Assembly: GCA_963932905.1 (NCBI GenBank) | Contig: CAWVRN010000003.1 | Coordinates: forward strand, 128,001-192,000 | Origin: an uncultured Bdellovibrio sp. | Lineage (GTDB): Bacteria; Bdellovibrionota; Bdellovibrionia; Bdellovibrionales; Bdellovibrionaceae | DNA: 64,000 bases | Direction: 5' to 3' | Shown: positions 21,355-30,301 of the stretch, piece by piece | Numbering within the stretch: position 1 is the stretch's first letter | Layout: each line of letters opens with the position of its first letter | Translations under genes and position numbers: made by a program | Notes under the pieces: model-generated | Database searches by the model: none | Told to the model about the DNA's origin: nothing | The model's input: only the letters and a program-made list of their open reading frames with translations

Positions 21355-23046
21355 ATGTCACTGACTAGAACACTACTGTCTGTTGCTGTAAGTTTGGGAA
21401 TCGCGATGCCTGCCTTTGCAGCCAAAGCGACTAATAACGAACTAAAAATCGGCATTTCGCAAGAATTCGACTCCCTAAACCCGATCCTTTCATCCATGGT
21501 GGCGTCATCTTACATTCGCTATATCGTTAATCGCCGTCTAACCAATTTAGATAGCGATAACAAATGGCAACCTCAAATCGCTAAAGAACTTCCTACGCTT
21601 GAAAATGGATTAGCTAAAATCGTAACGGTTGATGGCAAAAAGAAAATCGTTACGAACTGGGAAATCAAAGAGGCTGTAAAATGGGGCGACGGAACACCGT
21701 TAACATGCGACGATATCATTTTCTCGCGTACAGTGGCCTTATCGAACAACGTCAGTATCCCGGAACGCGAAGTTTACGAGCAAATCGAGAAAATCGATGT
21801 GGATCCTAAAAATCCAAAAAAATGCACCTTCACCTATCAAAAAGCTATCTGGAATCACGTGAATCAACTGGGTACGTTTTATTTATTACCAAAGCACTTA
21901 GAAGAAAAAGTATTTAACAAATACAAAAACCAAAAAGAAGGTTACGAAAAAAATTCGAACTACACTAAAAACCCATCAAACCCCGGTCTATACAACGGAC
22001 CTTATGTGGTATCGGAATTAAAACTGGGGGATCATATCACGATGGTTCCAAACAAACATTTCTATGGTGAAGCGCCTAAAATTAAACGAATCATTATCAA
22101 ATTGATCCCAAATACGGGAACCCTAGAAGCGAACTTACGTTCTGGTACTGTGGATAAAATTTCAGTATTGGGGTTAACGTTTGATCAAGCGATCTCACTA
22201 GATAAGAAAATCAAAACGGAAAATGTTGATTTTTCAGTCGTGTTTGAACCCAGCGCCGTGCATGAACACATCGATTTAAATTTGGATAATCCTATTTTAA
22301 AAGATATAAAAGTACGTAAAGCCCTGGCGACAGCCATCGACAAAGAACAGCTTGTAAAATCATTGTTCGAAGGCAAACAACCGGCCTCTCTGCATTTCAT
22401 CACCCCTAAAGATCCTTGGTACACCGATGACCCAAAATCAGTAACAACGTATCGCTATTCTAAGCGACAAGCGGCCAAAATGTTAGACGAAGCTGGTTGG
22501 AAGGAAGAAAAAGATGGTTACCGTTACAAAGATGGTAAAAAGCTAAGCCTAAACTTCATGACGACCGCGGGAAACAAAACACGCGAAGCTGTTCAGGTGT
22601 ATTTACAAAATCAATGGAAACAAGTCGGCGTTGAAATCATTATCAAAAATGAACCCGGCCGTGTCTTCTTTGGTGAAACAACCAAGAAACGTCGCTTCGA
22701 TATGGCGATGTATGCCTGGGTAGCTAACCCAGAAAACAATCCACGATCAACTTTGCATAGCGGAATGATCTCGACGGAAAAAAACGGTTGGTCAGGACAG
22801 AACTACCCCGGCTTTAAAAATGCCCGTATGGACAAAATCATTGAAGATATGGAAGGTGAATTTAATCCTAAAAAGCGTTTAGAACTAGCCGCTGAAATGC
22901 AAAAAATCTACACAGATGAAGTGCCGGTATTACCTTTGTACTACCGAACAGATAACGCTGTTATTCCTAAAAATATGAAAAACTTTAGAATTCCAGGACA
23001 TCAGTTCTCGGAAACGAACGATGTTGAACGTTGGACAATGGAGTAA
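21355..23046 (+). CDS. oppA: Peptide ABC transporter substrate-binding protein (family 5)
   Basis: Signal peptide, KWGDGTPLT, GPY, VRKAL..AID, LDEAGW; operon context. Confidence 0.92.
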   Translation: MSLTRTLLSVAVSLGIAMPAFAAKATNNELKIGISQEFDSLNPILSSMVASSYIRYIVNRRLTNLDSDNKWQPQIAKELPTLENGLAKIVTVDGKKKIVTNWEIKEAVKWGDGTPLTCDDIIFSRTVALSNNVSIPEREVYEQIEKIDVDPKNPKKCTFTYQKAIWNHVNQLGTFYLLPKHLEEKVFNKYKNQKEGYEKNSNYTKNPSNPGLYNGPYVVSELKLGDHITMVPNKHFYGEAPKIKRIIIKLIPNTGTLEANLRSGTVDKISVLGLTFDQAISLDKKIKTENVDFSVVFEPSAVHEHIDLNLDNPILKDIKVRKALATAIDKEQLVKSLFEGKQPASLHFITPKDPWYTDDPKSVTTYRYSKRQAAKMLDEAGWKEEKDGYRYKDGKKLSLNFMTTAGNKTREAVQVYLQNQWKQVGVEIIIKNEPGRVFFGETTKKRRFDMAMYAWVANPENNPRSTLHSGMISTEKNGWSGQNYPGFKNARMDKIIEDMEGEFNPKKRLELAAEMQKIYTDEVPVLPLYYRTDNAVIPKNMKNFRIPGHQFSETNDVERWTME

Positions 23047-23050
23047 GCCC

Positions 23051-24022
23051 GTGGGAACATACATCCTAAGACGACTGATTCAAACGGTGGTGGTGATCGG
23101 GTTGATCTCTTATATGTGCTTCTATTTGATGACACTGATGCCGGGCGATCCTGTGGAACTGATGATTCAGTCAAATCCCCGCATCACTTCCGAAGACATC
23201 GCTCGTTTAAGAGAGTTGTATAACCTTGATCAACCTGCTTATGTTCGCTACTTTAGCTGGGCCAAAGATATCGCATCTGGCGATCTAGGTTACAGCCGCA
23301 CCTACCGCGTACCTGTTCAAGAGTTGATGGGTCCTCGCTTGAAAAATACGTTCGTATTATCGTTCATGGCTTTATTGACATCTCTATTGATCGCATTGCC
23401 ATTTGGAATTTACTCGGCGCTAAAACCAGGCAGCCGAGTCGACTACTTTGTTAACCTTCTATCGTTTGGCGGAATTTCAATCCCGTCGTTTTGGCTGGGT
23501 TTAATTCTGATCATTGTCTTTTCCGTCCAGCTTGGAATTTTACCTGCCGGCGGAACTGAAACGATTGGTGTCGATCATGAATCCACCTGGGCGTTTATAA
23601 AAGACCGCGCACTTTATTTAATTCTACCGGTGATTTCACTCAGTGTTCAGTCCATCGGCGTCTTTGTTCGTTATATTCGATCCTCGATGATGGAAGCGAT
23701 GAGAAATGATTTTATCCGTACCGCCAAAGCCAAAGGTTTATCTCGTACCGTGGTTGTATGGAAACATGGTTTTAGAAATGCGTTGATTCCATTAATTACG
23801 ATCTTTGCATTGAGCTTCTCGGGATTATTTTCAGGCGCAATTTTAACGGAAACGGTATTTGCGTACCAAGGCGTGGGCAAACTGGTTTACGATTCGATAA
23901 TGGCTAATGATTATAATGTAGCCATGATCTCATTTATTATTTCAGTGAGCATGGTTTTAATGATGAACCTTTTAGCGGATATTTTATATGGATTTGCAGA
24001 CCCAAGAATCTCCTACACATAA
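23051..24022 (+). CDS. oppB: Peptide ABC transporter permease
   Basis: YILRRL, PGDP, DFIRTAKAKGL, KHGFRNA, DPRI; GTG start at 23051. Confidence 0.92.
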   Translation: MGTYILRRLIQTVVVIGLISYMCFYLMTLMPGDPVELMIQSNPRITSEDIARLRELYNLDQPAYVRYFSWAKDIASGDLGYSRTYRVPVQELMGPRLKNTFVLSFMALLTSLLIALPFGIYSALKPGSRVDYFVNLLSFGGISIPSFWLGLILIIVFSVQLGILPAGGTETIGVDHESTWAFIKDRALYLILPVISLSVQSIGVFVRYIRSSMMEAMRNDFIRTAKAKGLSRTVVVWKHGFRNALIPLITIFALSFSGLFSGAILTETVFAYQGVGKLVYDSIMANDYNVAMISFIISVSMVLMMNLLADILYGFADPRISYT

Positions 24023-24041
24023 CACCCAGAAAGAGCCCAAT

Positions 24042-25250
24042 ATGTCATCAACTCACAGCTCACTTACTGAAGTCGAACGCAAAGCTCTGGAATCGGCACT
24101 GCCGATGTGGAAGATCGTGTTCTATCAATTCAAAGAACATAAAATGGCGTTCTATTCCGCTTTTGTAATTTTATTTTTCCTGATTGTAGCTTTATCAGCA
24201 GAACTGATAACCAAGGTTACAGGTCTAGATCCAAATCGCCAAAACGTCGGCGCGCGCTATCAAGCCCCGATGACTCGCGCAGAAGCTACCGATGACATTA
24301 AAGAATCTGCCGTAGAGGTATACATCAATCAACATCCCGAAGAAGCTAAACTTCTCGCTACAGAACTACGGTCGCAAAAAGTTCTGATTGCGAGTGAGGA
24401 TCCTGAAAACAACAATCAGGACGCGTTGTTCACATTGATGACAAAACCCACTGAGGAAATCAAAGCAACACTGGCCCAGCTTAAAAATGTTGACTACACA
24501 AACTACGCAGCAATTTTAAAAACATTTAGTACATTTCATATTTTTGGCACAGATGAAGTGGGCCGTGACGTTTTCATTCGATTGATATACGGCGCTCGCG
24601 TATCGATCGGTGTGGGAATCATGGTTGCATTTTCGAGTGCGTTGATTGGCCTGTTAATCGGCGGTATCGCCGGTTTCTATGGCGGCAAAATCGATATGGC
24701 TTTAATGCGTGCCACAGACGCACTCCTATCACTGCCAACAATTCCCATCCTAATTGTATTTTCCGCTGTTGATTTATCAAAATTGCCAATGATTAAACAA
24801 ATGATGAACCCCAGCTACGAAAGCATTATCAAAATGTTCGTTGTCATGTGTTTATTTTCATGGATGACGGTGGCACGTTTGGTTCGTGGCAGTATCCTGA
24901 GCTTAAGAGAACGCGAATTCGTACTGGCAGCAAGAACACTGGGCGCATCAGATGCTACAATCATTATTCGCCATATGTTTCCTAATGTGATTGCTCCCAT
25001 GCTGGTGGCTATCACACTGGGCATAGGTAGTTCGATCATATACGAATCGGCGTTAAGCTTCCTTGGCCTAGGCATCATGCCTCCCACACCGAGTTGGGGG
25101 AATATGCTAAACAATGCCCAGGAAGTGATTTACAAAAACGTTTGGTTGACGGTACTGCCAGGCTTGATGATTTTCATCACGACTGTTTCGTTTAACTTTA
25201 TTGGAGATGGGCTGCAGGATGCTGTAGATCCTAAGTCGATCAAGCGGTAG
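24042..25250 (+). CDS. oppC: Peptide ABC transporter permease with periplasmic insert
   Basis: FGTDEVGRD, EFVLAARTLGA, ESALSFLGLG, PSWG.ML, GDGL.DAVDP. Confidence 0.92.
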   Translation: MSSTHSSLTEVERKALESALPMWKIVFYQFKEHKMAFYSAFVILFFLIVALSAELITKVTGLDPNRQNVGARYQAPMTRAEATDDIKESAVEVYINQHPEEAKLLATELRSQKVLIASEDPENNNQDALFTLMTKPTEEIKATLAQLKNVDYTNYAAILKTFSTFHIFGTDEVGRDVFIRLIYGARVSIGVGIMVAFSSALIGLLIGGIAGFYGGKIDMALMRATDALLSLPTIPILIVFSAVDLSKLPMIKQMMNPSYESIIKMFVVMCLFSWMTVARLVRGSILSLREREFVLAARTLGASDATIIIRHMFPNVIAPMLVAITLGIGSSIIYESALSFLGLGIMPPTPSWGNMLNNAQEVIYKNVWLTVLPGLMIFITTVSFNFIGDGLQDAVDPKSIKR

Positions 25251-25257
25251 AACGCTT

Positions 25258-25392
25258 CCGTCGATCCGTAACCGCACCGGGTCCGTGTCCGGGTCCGTGA
25301 CCGTACCGGAACCGTCACCGCGACCGCGACCGCGACCGTCACCGCAAACCGTGCCGTGGCCGTCGCTGTACCGTTTCCGTGGCCGTACCGTT
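25258..25392. repeat. Left arm of a long inverted repeat made of CCG-anchored 5-7 bp units
   Basis: GC-rich ccgtga/ccgta/ccgcga/ccgtca units; reverse complement of 25743-25861. Confidence 0.95.
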
Positions 25393-25708
25393 AGCTTTTT
25401 GGTAGCGTTTTTGGTTTGCTTAGTTTGTATAGCATTGCACCTAGGCGATCTGATAATTTTAGCAAGATTGGATCATTTATTTTTTCTATCGCTAGAATAG
25501 CTTGGCATTCTCTTACGCTTCCAAACGCTATGGAATAAAATCGCCTTTGATCTTCCATCGTTCGTTTGCCGGAGCCTTCGGCTATATTTAAGGCAATCGA
25601 TGAACTAGCCCGCAACAGCTGATCCTTTAGAAAGTGAGGAAGTTTTAAGCACTTGCATTTCTCATAAAATTCACTAGCGACAACAAAAGCATCAAAATTT
25701 TCAATCAT
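25391..25708 (-). CDS. Four-helix-bundle protein (23S rRNA IVP / TIGR02436 family, Avd-like fold)
   Basis: DQL.RASSSI.LNIAEG.G...RF..IA.GS..E signature; ATG at 25708 (MIENFDAF). Confidence 0.92.
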   Translation of the reverse strand: MIENFDAFVVASEFYEKCKCLKLPHFLKDQLLRASSSIALNIAEGSGKRTMEDQRRFYSIAFGSVRECQAILAIEKINDPILLKLSDRLGAMLYKLSKPKTLPKS

Positions 25709-25742
25709 AACAAAAGACAAAAGCAACCCCAAAGCCAAGTTC

Positions 25743-25861
25743 AACGGTACGGAAACGGTACGGCCTCGGCTACGGCACGGTTTGCGGTGACGGTCGCGGT
25801 CGCGGTGACGGTTCCGGTACGGTCACGGCCCCGGTGCGGTGACGGTCAGACGGCTCGACGG
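25743..25861. repeat. Right arm of the inverted repeat (CGG-anchored units)
   Basis: Includes a 38-bp exact reverse complement of ccgtgaccgtaccggaaccgtcaccgcgaccgcgaccg. Confidence 0.95.
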
Positions 25862-25925
25862 TTCGCCCGCGCTACGCACCGAAGAACAACTAGACAAACC
25901 CCCCTCAATTTGATGAATTTACCCT

Positions 25926-26627
25926 ATGGGAAAATCATGGAAAAATGCGGGTAAATCCGAAAATGCAGCAAAAAAGGGTAAGATCTTCACTAAACTAGCA
26001 CGCGAAATTATGGTCGCGACCAAAGCCGGTGGCCCTGACCCGGGCTCCAATGCTCGTCTTCGTTTAGCGATCGATGCCGCCAAAGCCGCGTCTTGCCCGA
26101 ACGACACAATCGATCGTGCGATCAAAAAAGGTTCTGGTGTTTTAGCCGATGGCGAAGTGATCGAAGAGTTAACTTATGAAGGTTATGGCCCCCATGGAGT
26201 GGGCGTTATTGTTGAAACTCAAACAAACAATAAACACAGAACGGCTCCTGAAGTTCGCACCCTTTTTAAATCTCATGATGGTGCATTGGGTGAATCCGGA
26301 TCGGTGGCGTGGATGTTTGATCGCGTTTCGTTAATTCAAGGAACCAAAGAAGGCTCATTTGACCCAGAAGAGGAAGCTATCGAAGCCGGCGCCAATGATG
26401 TGGAAAAAGACGAAGATTCCTATTTGTTCTATGGCAATCCAGAGAATCTAGATTCAATCAAAAAAGCCTTGGCCGCTCGTAAATGGAATATCACGACAGC
26501 CGAGCTATCGTACAAAGCTAAAAACATCACTGAACTGACTGAGGCCCAACTGAAAGACGTTCATGAATTTTTAGAAGAAGTCGATGAATTTGATGACACT
26601 CACCGAGTTCACGCTACAATCAAGTAA
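25926..26627 (+). CDS. yebC: YebC/PmpR family protein
   Basis: KIFTKLAREI..A...GGPDP..N.RL, YEGYGP.GV, TNN..RT, G.V.WMF. Confidence 0.95.
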   Translation: MGKSWKNAGKSENAAKKGKIFTKLAREIMVATKAGGPDPGSNARLRLAIDAAKAASCPNDTIDRAIKKGSGVLADGEVIEELTYEGYGPHGVGVIVETQTNNKHRTAPEVRTLFKSHDGALGESGSVAWMFDRVSLIQGTKEGSFDPEEEAIEAGANDVEKDEDSYLFYGNPENLDSIKKALAARKWNITTAELSYKAKNITELTEAQLKDVHEFLEEVDEFDDTHRVHATIK

Positions 26628-26629
26628 GA

Positions 26630-27697
26630 ATGAATAAATTGATCCAGTCACAAGCCTTAGCCCAACTTTTAGAAATTGAACCGTACACTTTGCTGGGCTT
26701 GCTTGTGTTTGTGACCTATCTCTTTTACCGCTTTTTCTTGCGGGATGCTTCGGAAGAACGACATAAAAACATTCAAAATCATTTTGCCAATATCACTCGT
26801 CACTTTTTAGTGCTGAGTCTGTTATTTTTTACGTTTTTAATATTAAACGAAGTCGATACGGAATGGACAAGCTTCCGCAGAATCGGCCCTTACGTGGGCT
26901 TGGTGACCTTGCTGTGGGGAATGATTGTGTTTGTAAAAACGTGCCGCTTGATCGTTTTACAATACCTATTCATGAGCTCGATGCAAACGGGCGTTCCGTT
27001 GTTACTAGTAAATATCTTCTCGCTATTGCTTTCGATCATATTGGTATTCTGGACGGCCTCGCATGTCTTTGGCGTGCAGCTGGCGCCGCTCTTAGCAACG
27101 TCGGCCGCGTTCTCGATCATTCTGGGTTTGGCTCTGCAAGATACGCTGGGAAATCTATTTGCCGGCATCGCGATGCAGGTCGATAAAACATTTGAAATCG
27201 GCGATTGGGTTGAGGTGGTTCAAGGGACTCAAAAAACTGTTGGCAAAGTCAAAGAACTCACTTGGCGTTCAACAATCATGGATGGCTTCTTTGACGAGGT
27301 CATCACGATCCCAAATCGTGTGATGGCTCAAGCTCAAGTGTATAATTTCTCACCCAAAGAAACACCCATCGTCCGTTCGGTTGTTTTCCGAATGGCCCAC
27401 GGAGTGGACCCGGAAAAAGTAAAAGAGGTCCTAGAAAACTCGGTCGCTGGCCTCAGTGACATCCGCGGCATCCCATCCCCGTTATGTTTCATCAACGACA
27501 CAAATGAAAGCTACCTGGCCTTCAAATTAGTCTTCCACATCGACAACTACGGCTCCCAATACGTCATCGCCGACAAGGTCTACCGCAAAGGCTTCGAAGC
27601 CCTAGAAGCCAACGGCCTACCCATGGCCCGCCCCTACATCGAATACGCAGCCAAAACCCCAGGCGATTTCATACCAGTGCCACCCCGCACGACTTAA
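26630..27697 (+). CDS. mscS: Small-conductance mechanosensitive channel family protein
   Basis: LGLALQDTLGNLFAG, F.IGDWV, G.V.E..WRST, IPN. Confidence 0.93.
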   Translation: MNKLIQSQALAQLLEIEPYTLLGLLVFVTYLFYRFFLRDASEERHKNIQNHFANITRHFLVLSLLFFTFLILNEVDTEWTSFRRIGPYVGLVTLLWGMIVFVKTCRLIVLQYLFMSSMQTGVPLLLVNIFSLLLSIILVFWTASHVFGVQLAPLLATSAAFSIILGLALQDTLGNLFAGIAMQVDKTFEIGDWVEVVQGTQKTVGKVKELTWRSTIMDGFFDEVITIPNRVMAQAQVYNFSPKETPIVRSVVFRMAHGVDPEKVKEVLENSVAGLSDIRGIPSPLCFINDTNESYLAFKLVFHIDNYGSQYVIADKVYRKGFEALEANGLPMARPYIEYAAKTPGDFIPVPPRTT

Positions 27698-27806
27698 AAA
27701 GTCCATCCGTATTAAAATCAGGGGATAGAATCCCAAAGACAGGGAAATTTTAACATCCCAGCCCAGAACCCTAGATTTACCAAAAAAAATAGTCTATCAC
27801 CAATCC

Positions 27807-28568
27807 ATGACTGTTGATTACGAATTGCCATTAGCTCAAAAAATCCGCAAAGATATCGTTCGTGCATTGAATGATTTCGATATGATTCAAAATAACGATC
27901 GTATTATGGTTTGCGTTTCTGGAGGCAAAGACTCAACGATCCTATCCCTACTACTAAAAGAAATTCAGCGCCGAGCTGAAGTTGATTTTTCGTTCGAGTG
28001 CGTATGTCTGGATCAAAAACAGCCAGGATTCGATGCCTCTGCGTTTATAAATTTTTACAAAGTTCACGAAATTCCATTAACCATAGTTGAGCGGGATACC
28101 TATTCTGTCGTTAAAGAAAAAACACCAGAAGGTAAAGCCTACTGCACTCTATGTTCTAAGTTTCGCCGCGCGATTCTGTATGACCACGCAACCACCCTAG
28201 GAATCAGTAAATTGGCTCTAGGTCACCACCGCGATGATTTAATAGAAACGCTTTTCCTAAACATGTTCTACGTTGGTCACATTTCTTCAATGCCACCTAA
28301 ATTGGTCAATGACGAAGGAACTCACACGGTCATCCGTCCGCTATGTTACGTGAAAGAGGATGATCTAATTGCACTCAAAGACAAATGGAACTTCCCGATC
28401 ATTCCGTGCAACTTGTGTGGATCTCAGGAAGGATTAAAACGCAAAAAGATGAAGAAGCTAATTAAGGAACTAGAGGTAGATATCCCTAACGTTGGCTCTA
28501 GCGTGATGACGGCGATGAAGAATATTAAACCGAGCCACTTGTTAGATTCTAATTTGTGGAAGTTTTAA
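27807..28568 (+). CDS. ttcA: tRNA 2-thiocytidine(32) synthetase
   Basis: SGGKDS, LDQKQPGF, CTLCS, LGHHRDD, IIPCNLCGSQ. Confidence 0.97.
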   Translation: MTVDYELPLAQKIRKDIVRALNDFDMIQNNDRIMVCVSGGKDSTILSLLLKEIQRRAEVDFSFECVCLDQKQPGFDASAFINFYKVHEIPLTIVERDTYSVVKEKTPEGKAYCTLCSKFRRAILYDHATTLGISKLALGHHRDDLIETLFLNMFYVGHISSMPPKLVNDEGTHTVIRPLCYVKEDDLIALKDKWNFPIIPCNLCGSQEGLKRKKMKKLIKELEVDIPNVGSSVMTAMKNIKPSHLLDSNLWKF

Positions 28569-30039
28569 TACATTCTTGAACACACGATTCGTTTGCCATT
28601 GAAACCGCCGGCATACGGCAAGATGACTTTGTACTTAATCTGACCAATGAAAAATAGCTTAGCTTAATTTTCTTAGTCGAGCCGTTCTTTTTACGTTCAC
28701 AATAGTTTTTTGCGTACTCGACAAATCCTTTTTCCATCGTGCTGTTCGTCAGTAAATAATCTTTTCCAACATAGACGTTAATGCCAACCCCATCTTTGCT
28801 TGGTGACGATTGCATCAAGTCAAAATCGAAATTCTGACTATCTACCATTTTACAATCGGTTAAGTTTTCAATACCGTAAGGATCCTTGCCGGCACGATAA
28901 ATCATAAATGTGTGACCATCCATAGAAGCAATATCACCCGCCAGCATCGGCTCTTCAGTTTCGGCTGCAAAATCCACTGAATCTAAACAGTTCCAGCCTT
29001 TGGATTCAGGATCTAAAAACTGACGAGACTGGGCGGCAACGACGTCACTAGCAACAAACATTTTATTTTCTTTTAAGCGGAATCCCGCCCCCATTACAAC
29101 GGTGTACACCATCGCTGAACAATCATAACCCAATACTTCCGATCCGCCGTAATTAGTAAAGAAGTTCAACTTACCTGTCGAACCACGAGTAAATGCCGGG
29201 CGACCACCAAAGTCATAAATTAATGGCTTCTTTCTGATATCAACACACTGACTACCGTAGGATGTTTGCAAATAAGGATGAGTCGCTTGCACTTGGCTAA
29301 GACTCGCAATATGGCGAATCAAACCGCCCCCTTCATGGCAGCACTCCTCGGTAATTCCTTGGACATTCTTGTCCGTTTTATCAAGAGGTTTTTTCTCCAG
29401 CACTTGGCAACTTTGGTAAGTCACTGCTAAAACTTTCCTCATCGACGCAATCAAATCGCTGGTTACAACTTCGCGATCAGTTGGATTAGAACCAGGAACT
29501 GGTTTCGGTTCACCACCCCCACTGCCCTGATTATTATTCTCATCACTCGGGCATGAATAACCCATACTTTTCATATTTGTGCTGATTTCATTTACCTTAG
29601 TTTTGTATTTGGTCACCATATTTTTTCGCGCTTCAGAATCTGTATCTTCGACTTTTAAAAATGAAATCAATTCAGGCAAATTTGAATTTTTCTCGACGGC
29701 AGAAAGATATTTTACGTCCTGATAAAATTCTTTATATAACGAATACAATTCGGTTTTAAAATAGGAATTTGCGGCCCCTTGAAATGTTTGGTCGGTATTT
29801 ACGGCTTCAGAGAAATCTTGTTCAGAAATTTCAGTCGATTTATTTTCTTGTTCCGACACCAGTTGATTGAAAAAATCCATGGTTACTTCGTAACTTTGTG
29901 GACAAACGATTGATCCCATTTCTGAAGACACCGGGTTTGAGTTTGAATTAAATTTATTACATGCGACTAAATTTAAACTTATCGTTAGCGTGAACGCCGC
30001 GACTACTGTCGTTTTCAATGTCTTTTTATTTTTTTGCAT
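28549..30039 (-). CDS. Hypothetical lipoprotein, possible NlpC/P60-like C-terminal catalytic domain
   Basis: Lipobox LVAC; YDFGG...GYDCSA.V...AGDI....GHT resembles a Cys/His papain-like site. Confidence 0.55.
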   Translation of the reverse strand: MQKNKKTLKTTVVAAFTLTISLNLVACNKFNSNSNPVSSEMGSIVCPQSYEVTMDFFNQLVSEQENKSTEISEQDFSEAVNTDQTFQGAANSYFKTELYSLYKEFYQDVKYLSAVEKNSNLPELISFLKVEDTDSEARKNMVTKYKTKVNEISTNMKSMGYSCPSDENNNQGSGGGEPKPVPGSNPTDREVVTSDLIASMRKVLAVTYQSCQVLEKKPLDKTDKNVQGITEECCHEGGGLIRHIASLSQVQATHPYLQTSYGSQCVDIRKKPLIYDFGGRPAFTRGSTGKLNFFTNYGGSEVLGYDCSAMVYTVVMGAGFRLKENKMFVASDVVAAQSRQFLDPESKGWNCLDSVDFAAETEEPMLAGDIASMDGHTFMIYRAGKDPYGIENLTDCKMVDSQNFDFDLMQSSPSKDGVGINVYVGKDYLLTNSTMEKGFVEYAKNYCERKKNGSTKKIKLSYFSLVRLSTKSSCRMPAVSMANESCVQECIKTSTN

Positions 30040-30301
30040 ATTTCATTATCGCGAGCGAATGCTCAAGATTGTATCACTCAGTCGTATGTCTCGATGTAGA
30101 TCTAGTGAAATTTAGACCGAAATCAAGTCTGGACTGCAAAATCACAGGGACATAAGTCTTAATAATATACGATTTAGTTGTCGTGCATCTATGTCTCAAG
30201 TTAAGACGTTCTCCATTGGAAAACATTAAATTCATCTCATATTTAGATGACCCCTTTCTCTATATAAATAATTGACCGACAATATATTCAGGGGGCGTGG
30301 A

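Noticed and set aside
25130..25500. ORFs 25130-25342 (-) and 25285-25500 (+)
   Set aside because: Low-complexity translations of the GC-rich repeat arm
25391..25708. Diversity-generating retroelement (Avd-like gene)
   Set aside because: No reverse transcriptase and no template/variable repeat pair with adenine-specific mismatches seen in the window
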